Below are positions 31,322-40,048 of a stretch of 64,000 nt of DNA, piece after piece; position 1 is the stretch's first letter; every line of letters starts with the position of its first letter. The position numbers were made by a program, and so were the translations under genes. Under the pieces are notes generated by a model. The model saw nothing but the letters and a program-made list of their open reading frames with translations. It was not told the origin of the DNA and ran no database searches. Origin of the DNA: a virus (taxonomy: Duplodnaviria; Caudoviricetes); the IMG/VR virus record IMGVR_UViG_2627853856_000004, positions 1-64,000 of that record; one strand, 5' to 3'.

Positions 31322-32077
31322 TTAAACCTCGGCCCCGAAGCTCGCCTTGAAGCGCGCCAGAATCCCGTCAGCCTGATCATGTCGGATAACGGTTGGCGCA
31401 AACAGAATGTCACCGCGATTCATAGTGGAGACGGACCGCTCGCCCGAATATGGGCAGGTTGCCGTATGCACCTCCTGATAATGCCGCAGGCGTACTATGG
31501 TGGCTTTGTCTATGGTGCAGGCACCGCCGGGTACGATCGTGTTATCCTGTCCATTCTTCAGGCGTGATAGAGCAACGATCGGATCGAGCAGCCGCCCAGC
31601 CATGACACTGAACTCGGCAATGAACTGCTCGACCAGGATATCATGGGCGGTTCTCACAAAGCTCTGCCAGGCCTCTCCACGGGCTTCGCTAAGCGCAGGC
31701 TTCTCCGCATAGATCGAGGCGATCTCATCATCGATTCGCGATAGGGCCTGCTCAACAAGTGAGACGCCCGCGCGCCAAGCGTCCTCAGCCGCCCGAAACT
31801 CCGCCTGTCGGTTTACTGCGGCGGATATCACGTCCCCTCCGGCTTCAACTGTCGGATCGGCAGCGATAGCAGCGACCAGCCCGTCATCGACATTAGCAGG
31901 CGGACTTGGTTTGGTGGCGTGAAGAGCAGACAGCCTACCCTGAAGCGCCGCGCGGCGGGTTTCGACCTCATCGACGCGAGATTTGATAGCGTCCTCGTCG
32001 GCGTCACGCCGCTGATACTCGCAATAGATGGCCGCGACTTTATTGAGATAAGGCGGCAGTGTGGTTGTGCTTTTCAT
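31322..32077 (-). CDS. Coiled-coil hypothetical protein
   Basis: RBS GGAG; 251 aa, heptad-rich N-terminal two thirds. Confidence 0.7.
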   Translation of the reverse strand: MKSTTTLPPYLNKVAAIYCEYQRRDADEDAIKSRVDEVETRRAALQGRLSALHATKPSPPANVDDGLVAAIAADPTVEAGGDVISAAVNRQAEFRAAEDAWRAGVSLVEQALSRIDDEIASIYAEKPALSEARGEAWQSFVRTAHDILVEQFIAEFSVMAGRLLDPIVALSRLKNGQDNTIVPGGACTIDKATIVRLRHYQEVHTATCPYSGERSVSTMNRGDILFAPTVIRHDQADGILARFKASFGAEV

Positions 32078-32104
32078 AGTTACTCCATTGTGGCTTGGGT
32101 GAAA

Positions 32105-35032
32105 TTATCGACCGGGCAGGCGCAGGCCGAAGTCTGAAAGCTGAGATGGGAGCGCGGAGGTGCCGAGTTTGGCGACGGCCGCGATCAGCTCTTGCTGGCC
32201 CGACAGCAGACGCGACAAAAGGTCGTTGCCTTCGTCAACGCCAGTGGCGGTTTCTTTCGCCGCCTGAAGAGCCTCCTGCGCCGCGCGTTGGGCCGCCTGG
32301 GCTCGATCAGTCTCAAGCTTGATGATCGCGTCCAGCTCGGTTTTAGTGCTGGAGCGGTCGCCCGTATATTCAGCCCCCGCCGTGCCGAAGAATTGCCGAT
32401 CCAATTCTAGGAGCCGGCGACGCAAATCGGCATACTGCCCCGATGCTCCCTCAATGCCCGCCTCGGCATCGGCACGCGCCTTCGCTACCTGAGCGAGAAG
32501 CGCGTTACGCTTATCGACCGCTGAGCCTTCGGCCAGCTCGCCGAAGTTGAGATCGTCTAGCAGCGCCTTCAACGGCTCGATGCGGCTGCTCAGAACCTTG
32601 TCGAACGCAGCCGCGCGCTCTTTCGCGTTGAGCTCCTCCAATTTGACCAGGTCGAAGCCATATTCTTTTGCGACGCGCAGCCTGTCCGCTGCCTGCTGTT
32701 CGAACGCCTTGAATTCGCGCTGCATGATCGAACCGAGGCCACCGAGAAGATCTTCGACCTCTTGGACCTTCAAAGCCTCGCGCACCGACTTCTCTACGTC
32801 GGGCGAAGATTGGAGCGCCTTCTGCACCTGGGCAGAGACCCCGACGATGCCGCCATCCTTGATCGCGTCGAAAACGGCCGCCATTACGGCTTCCGCTTCA
32901 CTTTTGCCGTAATTCGTTGTGCCAGCCCCCTTGGTCAGGCCTGAACCGCTTGGGTCAACGACGAACTTGTCTTTCCGCACGCCGATGGAAACTTTGAAAT
33001 CGCCGAGCTGGCCGCCGAGCTGATCTACGATCTGCTGAAGAACATCGCCGACATTGCCCGCCAGCCCCTTCGCAGCTTGGATGCGACTCTGGCTATTACC
33101 GGATGTTCCGGTGACGCCGGCTTCCCCATTGACGTTGCCGATTGTCGCGGAGCCCTTTTTGACCGTCGCGAACATACCGCCCACCAGCGAGCCGAGCATG
33201 CCGCCCGCAATCGCGCCTAGCGGCCCTGCCGCTCCGCCAAGGAAGCCTCCGAGTTTGCCGCCCACGGCCTTGCCGATCTCCGGGCCGATTAATTTTCCGG
33301 CCTCTTTGCCGAAGATGCCTCCAAGCGCTCCGCCTACCCTATTCGCGGTGCCCCCGCCGACGAGACTGCCATATTGTGAGCCCAGGCTAGCGGCCGCGCT
33401 GATCTCACCAACCTTCTCACCCCAGGCCTTAAACAGCTTGCCCATCTCGCTGTCGGGCCCGAAATTCTCCTTGAACGACGATTTGAGTTCCGCGCCGAGC
33501 TTTGCATAGCCTCGATCGAAGGAAGCGCCGCCGAACAGCTTTTCGCCCGTAGCGCTTATTTTTGAACCCGCACCGAGGTTATCTAGCGTCTTGCCCAGCG
33601 CCTTCGACACGGAAGGGAACAGGTTCTCGATCGATTTCCGAGCACCCTTGCCCAACTGCTCGCCCGCCTGATCGAGTGACGAGCTGAGCACCTGCACTGG
33701 TCCCGAGACCATATCGCGGAAGGCTTGCGACGAAGCCTTGGTCAGACCGTCCTGATATGCCTTTGCGACATCCTCATCGAGCTTAATGCGCGCATCTCGC
33801 ATGGCGCGCTCTGCCTCAAGGCGCAGCTGGTCCGCCTTAGCGTCGCTGATCATCTTCGCCTGGGTGAGTTTTTCGATATTTTTAAGCCGCTCGGCATATT
33901 CATTCTGTATCGCCGCGAGCGGGTCTAGATCCTTAAGCACTGAGCCCAGCGTGCTATCCAGGCTCTTCGGCTTCGGCGTCTTCACGTCCTTCTTGAACAC
34001 CGATGGTAATTTGCCGGTGTCGAGAGCCCTGTCGATCTCACCCGCCGTGACTTCCTTCGCAGCGGCGGCGGCAAGATCGATAACCGCCTGCCGGAATTGC
34101 TCCGCCGTTACGTTCAGGCCCTTGAAGTCAGTCTTTTCACTGAAGTTGAGCGCACTCTGCACAGCCTTCTGACGATCACCGTCGGTTTTGGCGTCGCCGA
34201 CGCGCTTAAGTTCGAAATAAGTGGCTGCATTGCGGCGGCGAGCCTCAACCGCACCGCTCAATCCGTCAGAAGCGAACCCCCTCAGGGTAGACAGAATGCC
34301 GGAGTTCTCGTTGGCGTCCTGCAGCGTCTTGCCAGCACTGGTCCGCGCCTGGCCGGCTTCGCCACGAAGATTGATCGCGGTCAGCCGGGCATTTGCGATC
34401 AGCAAAGCATTTTGCTTGTCGATTTTACCCGACGTGAGATCGAAGATGCCGCCGAGCGCACTCTGAGCGTCCGCCAGGCCGGAGCTGCCCGTTTCTGCGG
34501 CCTTGGCGGCTTCACCGGTTTCGAACAGCTTGGAAGCGAAAACGCCAGCGATGGCAACGATCGAGATGAACGCCGCGCCCAAGGGCCCTGATAGCGCCCG
34601 GCCGAGAATACCGACCTTGCCACCCATGTCGGACATCGCCGCCGTTACCTGCGCGGCTTGCTGACCGAAAATTAGAAAGCCGTTGGTCCCGGACGCGACC
34701 TGAACGCCGACATCGCTGATCTGATACCCCAGATTGCGCATACCAAATTGCGCCTGTCGCGCCGCGCCGGTCGCCTCGCGTTGCGCGGCGGCTGCCGCTC
34801 GCGAAGCCGATGACAAACGGCCGGTGGCTTCAGCAGACCGCTGCGCCTCGCCTGCCTGCCGGCGCAGCTCGGCGGCATTTGCGCTGCTGTCGGCGCTGAG
34901 CTTTCGCGTTTCGGCAGACGCGCTACCGATCGAACCCTTCAACCCGTCAATGGCAGATTGCGACGCGCGCGCCGTACCGACCAGGCCGGACCCGTCACCC
35001 TTTAGAACGACACCGAATACGAGCTGGGTCAT
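32105..35032 (-). CDS. Tape measure protein (element-encoded)
   Basis: NLGYQISDVGVQVASG...GQQ motif; C-terminal half aligns by eye with the prophage 1 TMP. Confidence 0.88.
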   Translation of the reverse strand: MTQLVFGVVLKGDGSGLVGTARASQSAIDGLKGSIGSASAETRKLSADSSANAAELRRQAGEAQRSAEATGRLSSASRAAAAAQREATGAARQAQFGMRNLGYQISDVGVQVASGTNGFLIFGQQAAQVTAAMSDMGGKVGILGRALSGPLGAAFISIVAIAGVFASKLFETGEAAKAAETGSSGLADAQSALGGIFDLTSGKIDKQNALLIANARLTAINLRGEAGQARTSAGKTLQDANENSGILSTLRGFASDGLSGAVEARRRNAATYFELKRVGDAKTDGDRQKAVQSALNFSEKTDFKGLNVTAEQFRQAVIDLAAAAAKEVTAGEIDRALDTGKLPSVFKKDVKTPKPKSLDSTLGSVLKDLDPLAAIQNEYAERLKNIEKLTQAKMISDAKADQLRLEAERAMRDARIKLDEDVAKAYQDGLTKASSQAFRDMVSGPVQVLSSSLDQAGEQLGKGARKSIENLFPSVSKALGKTLDNLGAGSKISATGEKLFGGASFDRGYAKLGAELKSSFKENFGPDSEMGKLFKAWGEKVGEISAAASLGSQYGSLVGGGTANRVGGALGGIFGKEAGKLIGPEIGKAVGGKLGGFLGGAAGPLGAIAGGMLGSLVGGMFATVKKGSATIGNVNGEAGVTGTSGNSQSRIQAAKGLAGNVGDVLQQIVDQLGGQLGDFKVSIGVRKDKFVVDPSGSGLTKGAGTTNYGKSEAEAVMAAVFDAIKDGGIVGVSAQVQKALQSSPDVEKSVREALKVQEVEDLLGGLGSIMQREFKAFEQQAADRLRVAKEYGFDLVKLEELNAKERAAAFDKVLSSRIEPLKALLDDLNFGELAEGSAVDKRNALLAQVAKARADAEAGIEGASGQYADLRRRLLELDRQFFGTAGAEYTGDRSSTKTELDAIIKLETDRAQAAQRAAQEALQAAKETATGVDEGNDLLSRLLSGQQELIAAVAKLGTSALPSQLSDFGLRLPGR

Positions 35033-36021
35033 CAGCCGGGAAACATCTCGCGTTGCGCCTGCTGATGTGCCTGGCCGAATGTCAGGCCAGACGATGCGGT
35101 CATGAGCTGCGAAGCGCGCTCAGCGACAGCGATCCGTCGCTTCGCGATCGGATCATCGGTCTGTTCCGCGAGGCTGACGAAGGTGTTGCGGTTATGCTCG
35201 GCCGCCAAAGCATCTGCGAACGACAATGTAGGATCGGCGGCGCTGGCACGCGAAGCAAGCGCGATGGCACCGACCCGCGCCGAACCGGCCTGCCCTGCTT
35301 GGCGGCGAAGATTGGCAATTTCGGCCTCTGTGGTTGCTTCCCTCATCGCTTCACCGAACGAGAGCGCCGGTCGATCAAGCTGGAGATCGACCGCGCGACG
35401 CACGCGCGCCAGGCGCGCGGCCTGCTTGGGATCGGCGCAGCCTTCGGCAAGACTGATAAAGGCCATCTGCTTGCTGGCATGCTCACGCGCCGCCTGGACT
35501 GACAATTGCGGGCGATCTGCCATGAGCATTTGCATATGACCGTGAAGCGTTGCGCGCAGCGGCGCGGCTTCGATTGTCACCGCTGATGCTGAGCGAGCTT
35601 CGCCGAATGCGAGCGTTCCCAAGCCTTTCACGGCCGGAGCGGCAGCGCCCAGGAATCCGACATGACGAAGATAATATTGGCCGCGCTTCGGGTTGCCCGG
35701 ATGCTGCGGAGGATAAAAGGACGCAGAGACTTTCCGATATAGCCCCTTGCGCACCGCCTCAGCCATTTCAGGCACCATCTCCGATGGATCGGCAACAATA
35801 TGCTCGCCGTCCATTCTTAGGCCGCCAATCCAGCCATAAGCCGGAGCGTCCATCTTAGGATGTCCCACGACTATTGGGGCCGGGTCAGATTTCGGATCGT
35901 AAGAGGCTACGATGCCGGCGAGATCAGTGGCGCTAAAGGAGACTTTCTCGCCTTCCATGCTCTCAAAGCTACCTGCACGAAATATCTTGATCGGCGAATA
36001 TGAAGCGGCCGGAGAGATCAT
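35032..36021 (-). CDS. Mu-like protease/scaffold (I/Z-type) with repeated C-terminal motif
   Basis: IFRAG, APIVVGHP, PAYGWI, YRKVSASFY, YLRHVGFLGAAAPAVKGL. Confidence 0.85.
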   Translation of the reverse strand: MISPAASYSPIKIFRAGSFESMEGEKVSFSATDLAGIVASYDPKSDPAPIVVGHPKMDAPAYGWIGGLRMDGEHIVADPSEMVPEMAEAVRKGLYRKVSASFYPPQHPGNPKRGQYYLRHVGFLGAAAPAVKGLGTLAFGEARSASAVTIEAAPLRATLHGHMQMLMADRPQLSVQAAREHASKQMAFISLAEGCADPKQAARLARVRRAVDLQLDRPALSFGEAMREATTEAEIANLRRQAGQAGSARVGAIALASRASAADPTLSFADALAAEHNRNTFVSLAEQTDDPIAKRRIAVAERASQLMTASSGLTFGQAHQQAQREMFPG

Positions 36022-36728
36022 TGTTCGGTTTCCTTGGAAGAGGTGTCGGGCGGGCAGACCTGGCCAAGCCAGAGATCGACGATTTCCTGCCGCGCCTGCT
36101 CAATGGCCGGTCCCTCGGCGCCGGCTTCGATGAGGGCGCCAGTCGCAATGTCGGCGGCGTCTTCCACAAGGCAAAGCTCGCGGGGCCTGGGCAGTGGTCC
36201 AGGATTGATGCCGAAGCCCTCGGTTGAATTGTTGACCAGTTCGGACGTGTAGGGCCGCGTTGATCCAATGATCACAGCGGCCGTAGAGATACTGATTTGA
36301 CCAACCCGCGCAGCGGCGATGACGCTAGCTCGCTTTGCTCGCCGTATGGAGGCATGTGCCGTCGCGATTTGCAGTCGGCACGAAGCGTATTGCTCAATCA
36401 GGATTTGGAAGGCCTGGTCGCCGACCAGCTCCGCAACGCGATGCGGCCTGTTGGACAGGCGCGCCGGTATGTAGATTTCTTGCCCGCCGAACCGCTCGCA
36501 GAGCAGCAATACGTTCGCTGCGCCGATATACTCGGCCAATTCCCGCATTTGCGGCCCCCAGGTCCGGTCGATCCGCACGTTGAGCGGGATCGGAAAGTCT
36601 GAGAGCTTCGGTAATAGATGGCGCGGGATTTGATCGTCATTGACGGCGTTGGGGGGACCGCCAGCGGTCGGTAACGCCCCATTTCCTGTCGATGCAGATT
36701 GTGCCAACATCTTGCCGCCCCGTCGCAT
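36018..36728 (-). CDS. Mor/C-like transcription activator (paralogue 2)
   Basis: ELAEYIG...ERFGGQEIYIP; start uncertain. Confidence 0.75.
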   Translation of the reverse strand: MRRGGKMLAQSASTGNGALPTAGGPPNAVNDDQIPRHLLPKLSDFPIPLNVRIDRTWGPQMRELAEYIGAANVLLLCERFGGQEIYIPARLSNRPHRVAELVGDQAFQILIEQYASCRLQIATAHASIRRAKRASVIAAARVGQISISTAAVIIGSTRPYTSELVNNSTEGFGINPGPLPRPRELCLVEDAADIATGALIEAGAEGPAIEQARQEIVDLWLGQVCPPDTSSKETEQ

Positions 36729-36795
36729 TGCCCGGTGCGATGATCATGCGGCGAGGGAATTGAGATGCGCGCGTGCCAGTGCGCGGGCAACGAAA

Positions 36796-37275
36796 TCAGG
36801 CTTCGGCGAACATATCGATTTGGCGAGGGTCAACCTTGCGGCCGATCGCGGGCGGTTCGGCTCCTAGCCCTTCCTGGGTTCGGTTGACCAGCTTCGAAGC
36901 ATAGTCGCGCCGAACTCCCATGATACGCGCCGCGTGCGCCACGGTCAGCATGTCGCTGCGCACCGCCGCGATAATACTCGCGCGTCGTGCGACATTCAAA
37001 GCATAGCGCGCAGTGGGAATAGCCAGTGTCAGGCGACCGTAAACGAAACTGATCGCACGTGATTTCGCCGCACCGATCAGCGGGTGAAACGGATTCTTGG
37101 CGGCATCGATCGGAATGTAGACATCCTGCCCGCCATAACGCTCGCTGATAATAAGCGTGTCATATGCCCCAATATGGTCGGCCATCTCGCGCATTTGCGC
37201 GCTCCAGCCGGGGCCAGGCTGGACATCCCGAGGGATCGGGATGTCCGCCAGTTCTTTATAGGGAAAGCCGTCCAC
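36796..37275 (-). CDS. Mor/C-like transcription activator (paralogue 1)
   Basis: EMADHIG...ERYGGQDVYIP plus C-terminal HTH. Confidence 0.75.
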   Translation of the reverse strand: MDGFPYKELADIPIPRDVQPGPGWSAQMREMADHIGAYDTLIISERYGGQDVYIPIDAAKNPFHPLIGAAKSRAISFVYGRLTLAIPTARYALNVARRASIIAAVRSDMLTVAHAARIMGVRRDYASKLVNRTQEGLGAEPPAIGRKVDPRQIDMFAEA

Positions 37276-37280
37276 AGCGC

Positions 37281-37745
37281 TCAGCCCTGGCCTTGGCTGC
37301 TCTTGTCGCGCTTGATCAGCACATAGAACGGAAGGTCGAGCGTCAACCGCTCGATCACCGACATATCACGTTCTAGAATCCTGATACCGCCGAGCGTCGG
37401 CAAGAGGCGCTCATCGCCTCGGCCGGCATGGATACCGAGCCCGTCACGGCCCGCATTCCACGCGTCGCGGGCTTGGCCCGATTCCGGCGTCAGGGATATC
37501 CAGCGCCGGCCCACGCCGACGACGGGGCGAGGCAGGCGCACGACGCGGGTTCGCATAAACCGCCCCAATGGGGTGTGACCTCGTGGCCTGATCGGGTCGC
37601 AGTCGGGATTGTCGGCGCTAGGGGTGCCTTGACCGAGGCAAGGGCAAATGAAAAGCGGAGAGGCGGAGCCGGGAAGAAATAGCGACAGCGCACCCGCCTG
37701 GCTGCGATCGTCGGGAAGAACGATCTTGATGCGCGCGCCGGTCAT
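37281..37745 (-). CDS. YkuD/L,D-transpeptidase-like protein lacking the catalytic Cys
   Basis: GHTPLG...GLGIHAG...PTLGGIRI. Confidence 0.6.
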   Translation of the reverse strand: MTGARIKIVLPDDRSQAGALSLFLPGSASPLFICPCLGQGTPSADNPDCDPIRPRGHTPLGRFMRTRVVRLPRPVVGVGRRWISLTPESGQARDAWNAGRDGLGIHAGRGDERLLPTLGGIRILERDMSVIERLTLDLPFYVLIKRDKSSQGQG

Positions 37746-38284
37746 AGCGCAGCCCTCCGTCGCGCCAGGAGATCGGCAAGCCGATCTTTAAGCAACTCGG
37801 TCCGCTCTGCTGCGCTCAGCCCACTAGGAACATCCTGATGCCAGCCATGACGTTCAGCCATAGCCTTCAGTGCCTCGATCAGCCGAAAGCCCTGCGCATG
37901 ATTGGCCCAGTGCAGCCGATCGACACCGACCTGTCGCTTGCAAAAGGCCTCTAGCGCGCGCTCGGAGGGATCATTGATAGCGCCGAGCTGATGCAGCGAT
38001 ATCCACATCGCGCGCGCCTTCCGAGCGATAGGATGGCTGGCCGGCCCAGGCCGAGTTGTCGCGCGAACCTGTGATCGAAAACCGAGCCGTTCAAACTCGG
38101 CCACTATGGCGACCAGCTGACCAGCATCACACTGACCGGCGCTGCGCTTACCGGTTATCCTCTCCAGTACGGCGCGATAGTCGTCATCGTCCAGGCCGAG
38201 CGCCTTGCTTGCGAGGTGTACCTTGCCCAGAAGTGCGCGACGATCTGGCGCAACACTCGTATTGTGCGACCTGATCTTAGCCAT
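37742..38284 (-). CDS. gemA: GemA (Mu gp16, DUF1018) regulatory protein
   Basis: VHLASKALGLDDDDYRAVL...TGKRSA; ARAMWISL; LIEALKAM. Confidence 0.9.
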   Translation of the reverse strand: MAKIRSHNTSVAPDRRALLGKVHLASKALGLDDDDYRAVLERITGKRSAGQCDAGQLVAIVAEFERLGFRSQVRATTRPGPASHPIARKARAMWISLHQLGAINDPSERALEAFCKRQVGVDRLHWANHAQGFRLIEALKAMAERHGWHQDVPSGLSAAERTELLKDRLADLLARRRAAL

Positions 38285-38431
38285 TGGACGCCTCCCCGAA
38301 AATTTGACGCTGGAGGCCTTTTGGGCCGCTTAGGGGCGTCAGCCCCACAAATGCGGAGCGACCCTCATGGGAAGGCTTCCCAGCGCCATCGACGATAAGG
38401 AAGGCCGCACGCTCTCCAATGTCCTGTGCCA

Positions 38432-39382
38432 TCAGCGGCCTCCCGCACGAAAATTGCGCCGCTTGGCCGCATCGCGCAGATGCGCGATCGAAATAGGCTG
38501 GCCCGCGCCCGAAGCTGTCAGGCTCGCAATCTCCAATATATGGGTCAGTTCACGCAGCGCGCCCGGCAATGCGCCGATCTTGCGCAGGAATGTGGCTTGC
38601 TCGGCATCGGTGACGCTCCAGGCCGACAGCAGCGCCTCAATATCGCCGGGCAGCGGTTCATATTGAACGTGCCGGTATGAGAACCGGCTGCTCACCTGAG
38701 CTAGTGCGCTTTTCCGACTGTCGAGCTGGCCGACAACCTTGTCATTGCCAAGCAACGCGACGCCCACCTTCGTGCGATCGTGCCAGCCTCGAATTTCGTT
38801 GAGCGCCTTGTCGTTGAGCTCTTGGGCTTCGTCGATGATCAGCAGGCCTTTCTTGCCGCTGATGTGCGCTCGAATCTTTCGCGAGAGCTGTTGCGGGCTG
38901 CCGGTGATTTCACCGAGGCCGATTGCCTCGGCGACTTCCGATGCCATAGTCGCAACGCCCGCCGTAGCGGGCGACATCGTAGCCAGCCATACGTTCGGAT
39001 CGGCGTCGGCCAGGCGCTCCGCGACACGGGTTTTGCCGATGCCGGGCGCGGTTACGATCAGCACGATGCGGCCCGTCTGCGCATATTGAAGCAGGCCAGT
39101 AAGTTGCGTCGCCGTCTGCGTCTCATACCAGCTCGGCACCGCAGGCGCTTGAGCGCCGATCTTTGCCTGGACATCAAGGCGAGCGCGGTAGGCGAGCACT
39201 TTGCCCGCGACCTTCTCATTGCTCCCTCGGTAGCTGCCGCTCGCGAAGAGTGAGAGCGTGCTGTCGGCAACGTCGGTAAGCTTGCCCAAGGCGGGCCAGC
39301 TCAGCGTTTCATCTTCCTTGTGCGTGACTAGCCAGGCGCGCGCGCCCTCAATGTCCACGCTGTTGTCGATTACGATCTGCAT
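38432..39382 (-). CDS. MuB-like AAA+ transposition ATPase
   Basis: N-terminal HTH, PGIGKT, LIIDEAQ, LLGN, SSR. Confidence 0.9.
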   Translation of the reverse strand: MQIVIDNSVDIEGARAWLVTHKEDETLSWPALGKLTDVADSTLSLFASGSYRGSNEKVAGKVLAYRARLDVQAKIGAQAPAVPSWYETQTATQLTGLLQYAQTGRIVLIVTAPGIGKTRVAERLADADPNVWLATMSPATAGVATMASEVAEAIGLGEITGSPQQLSRKIRAHISGKKGLLIIDEAQELNDKALNEIRGWHDRTKVGVALLGNDKVVGQLDSRKSALAQVSSRFSYRHVQYEPLPGDIEALLSAWSVTDAEQATFLRKIGALPGALRELTHILEIASLTASGAGQPISIAHLRDAAKRRNFRAGGR

Positions 39383-39526
39383 GCTACCTGCTCCTTGCTC
39401 CTATGGACGGGAGTAAAAGGCCGCGTCGGGGTTGCAGCCCCGGCGCGGCCGACATCATCGGCGCTATCGCGCGGATGAACTGGAAAGCGCCGAACGGCGC
39501 GATGTTGAAGAGATCGGCGGGCATGA

Positions 39527-39766
39527 TCAGCCGTCTCTCTTCGAACTGAGCGCGATCGGCGCTCCGTTCGGAACAGCCTTCAGCAGTTCCGAAACGTCGT
39601 CCGGCGAAAGCCCTGCCCGCATTATGTCGGCCGCAATCAAGCGACGATCGGCGAGCAGCTCAGCGGCCAAGTCGCGGCGATCGTGACGTCGAATCAGCTC
39701 CGCGACGGCTTCAAGATAGCCGCTCAACTCCGCGCGCCGTAGAACTTCTGCCATATCGATCAGCAC
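39527..39766 (-). CDS. Small hypothetical protein (paralogue B)
   Basis: AELSGYLEAVAELIRR resembles the upstream ORF. Confidence 0.55.
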   Translation of the reverse strand: MLIDMAEVLRRAELSGYLEAVAELIRRHDRRDLAAELLADRRLIAADIMRAGLSPDDVSELLKAVPNGAPIALSSKRDG

Positions 39767-40041
39767 GGCAGATCTCCCGCGAGGCGAAGCAGCGCGATAT
39801 ATTTGCCGAGCCGCGCGCGTGCGGCCCACGGCAAGAGGTTCCCGGTCAGATACGATCGCCGCACCATTGCCTCGGGATCGACCAGCGATGCCGCCAGGGC
39901 GGTCGGGGCTCCACGTCGCAGGAGCGTATCGATCGCGGCGAGGTAGCCCGCCAACTCCGCTGCTTGGGTGCGCGCAATATCGCCCGAAAGATCGGCGCTA
40001 TCGATCAAGATATTATCGTTGGATGTAGTCGGGCCTGCCAT
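39760..40041 (-). CDS. Small hypothetical protein (paralogue A)
   Basis: AELAGYLAAIDTLLRR. Confidence 0.55.
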   Translation of the reverse strand: MAGPTTSNDNILIDSADLSGDIARTQAAELAGYLAAIDTLLRRGAPTALAASLVDPEAMVRRSYLTGNLLPWAARARLGKYIALLRLAGDLPC

Positions 40042-40048
40042 AAACAGC

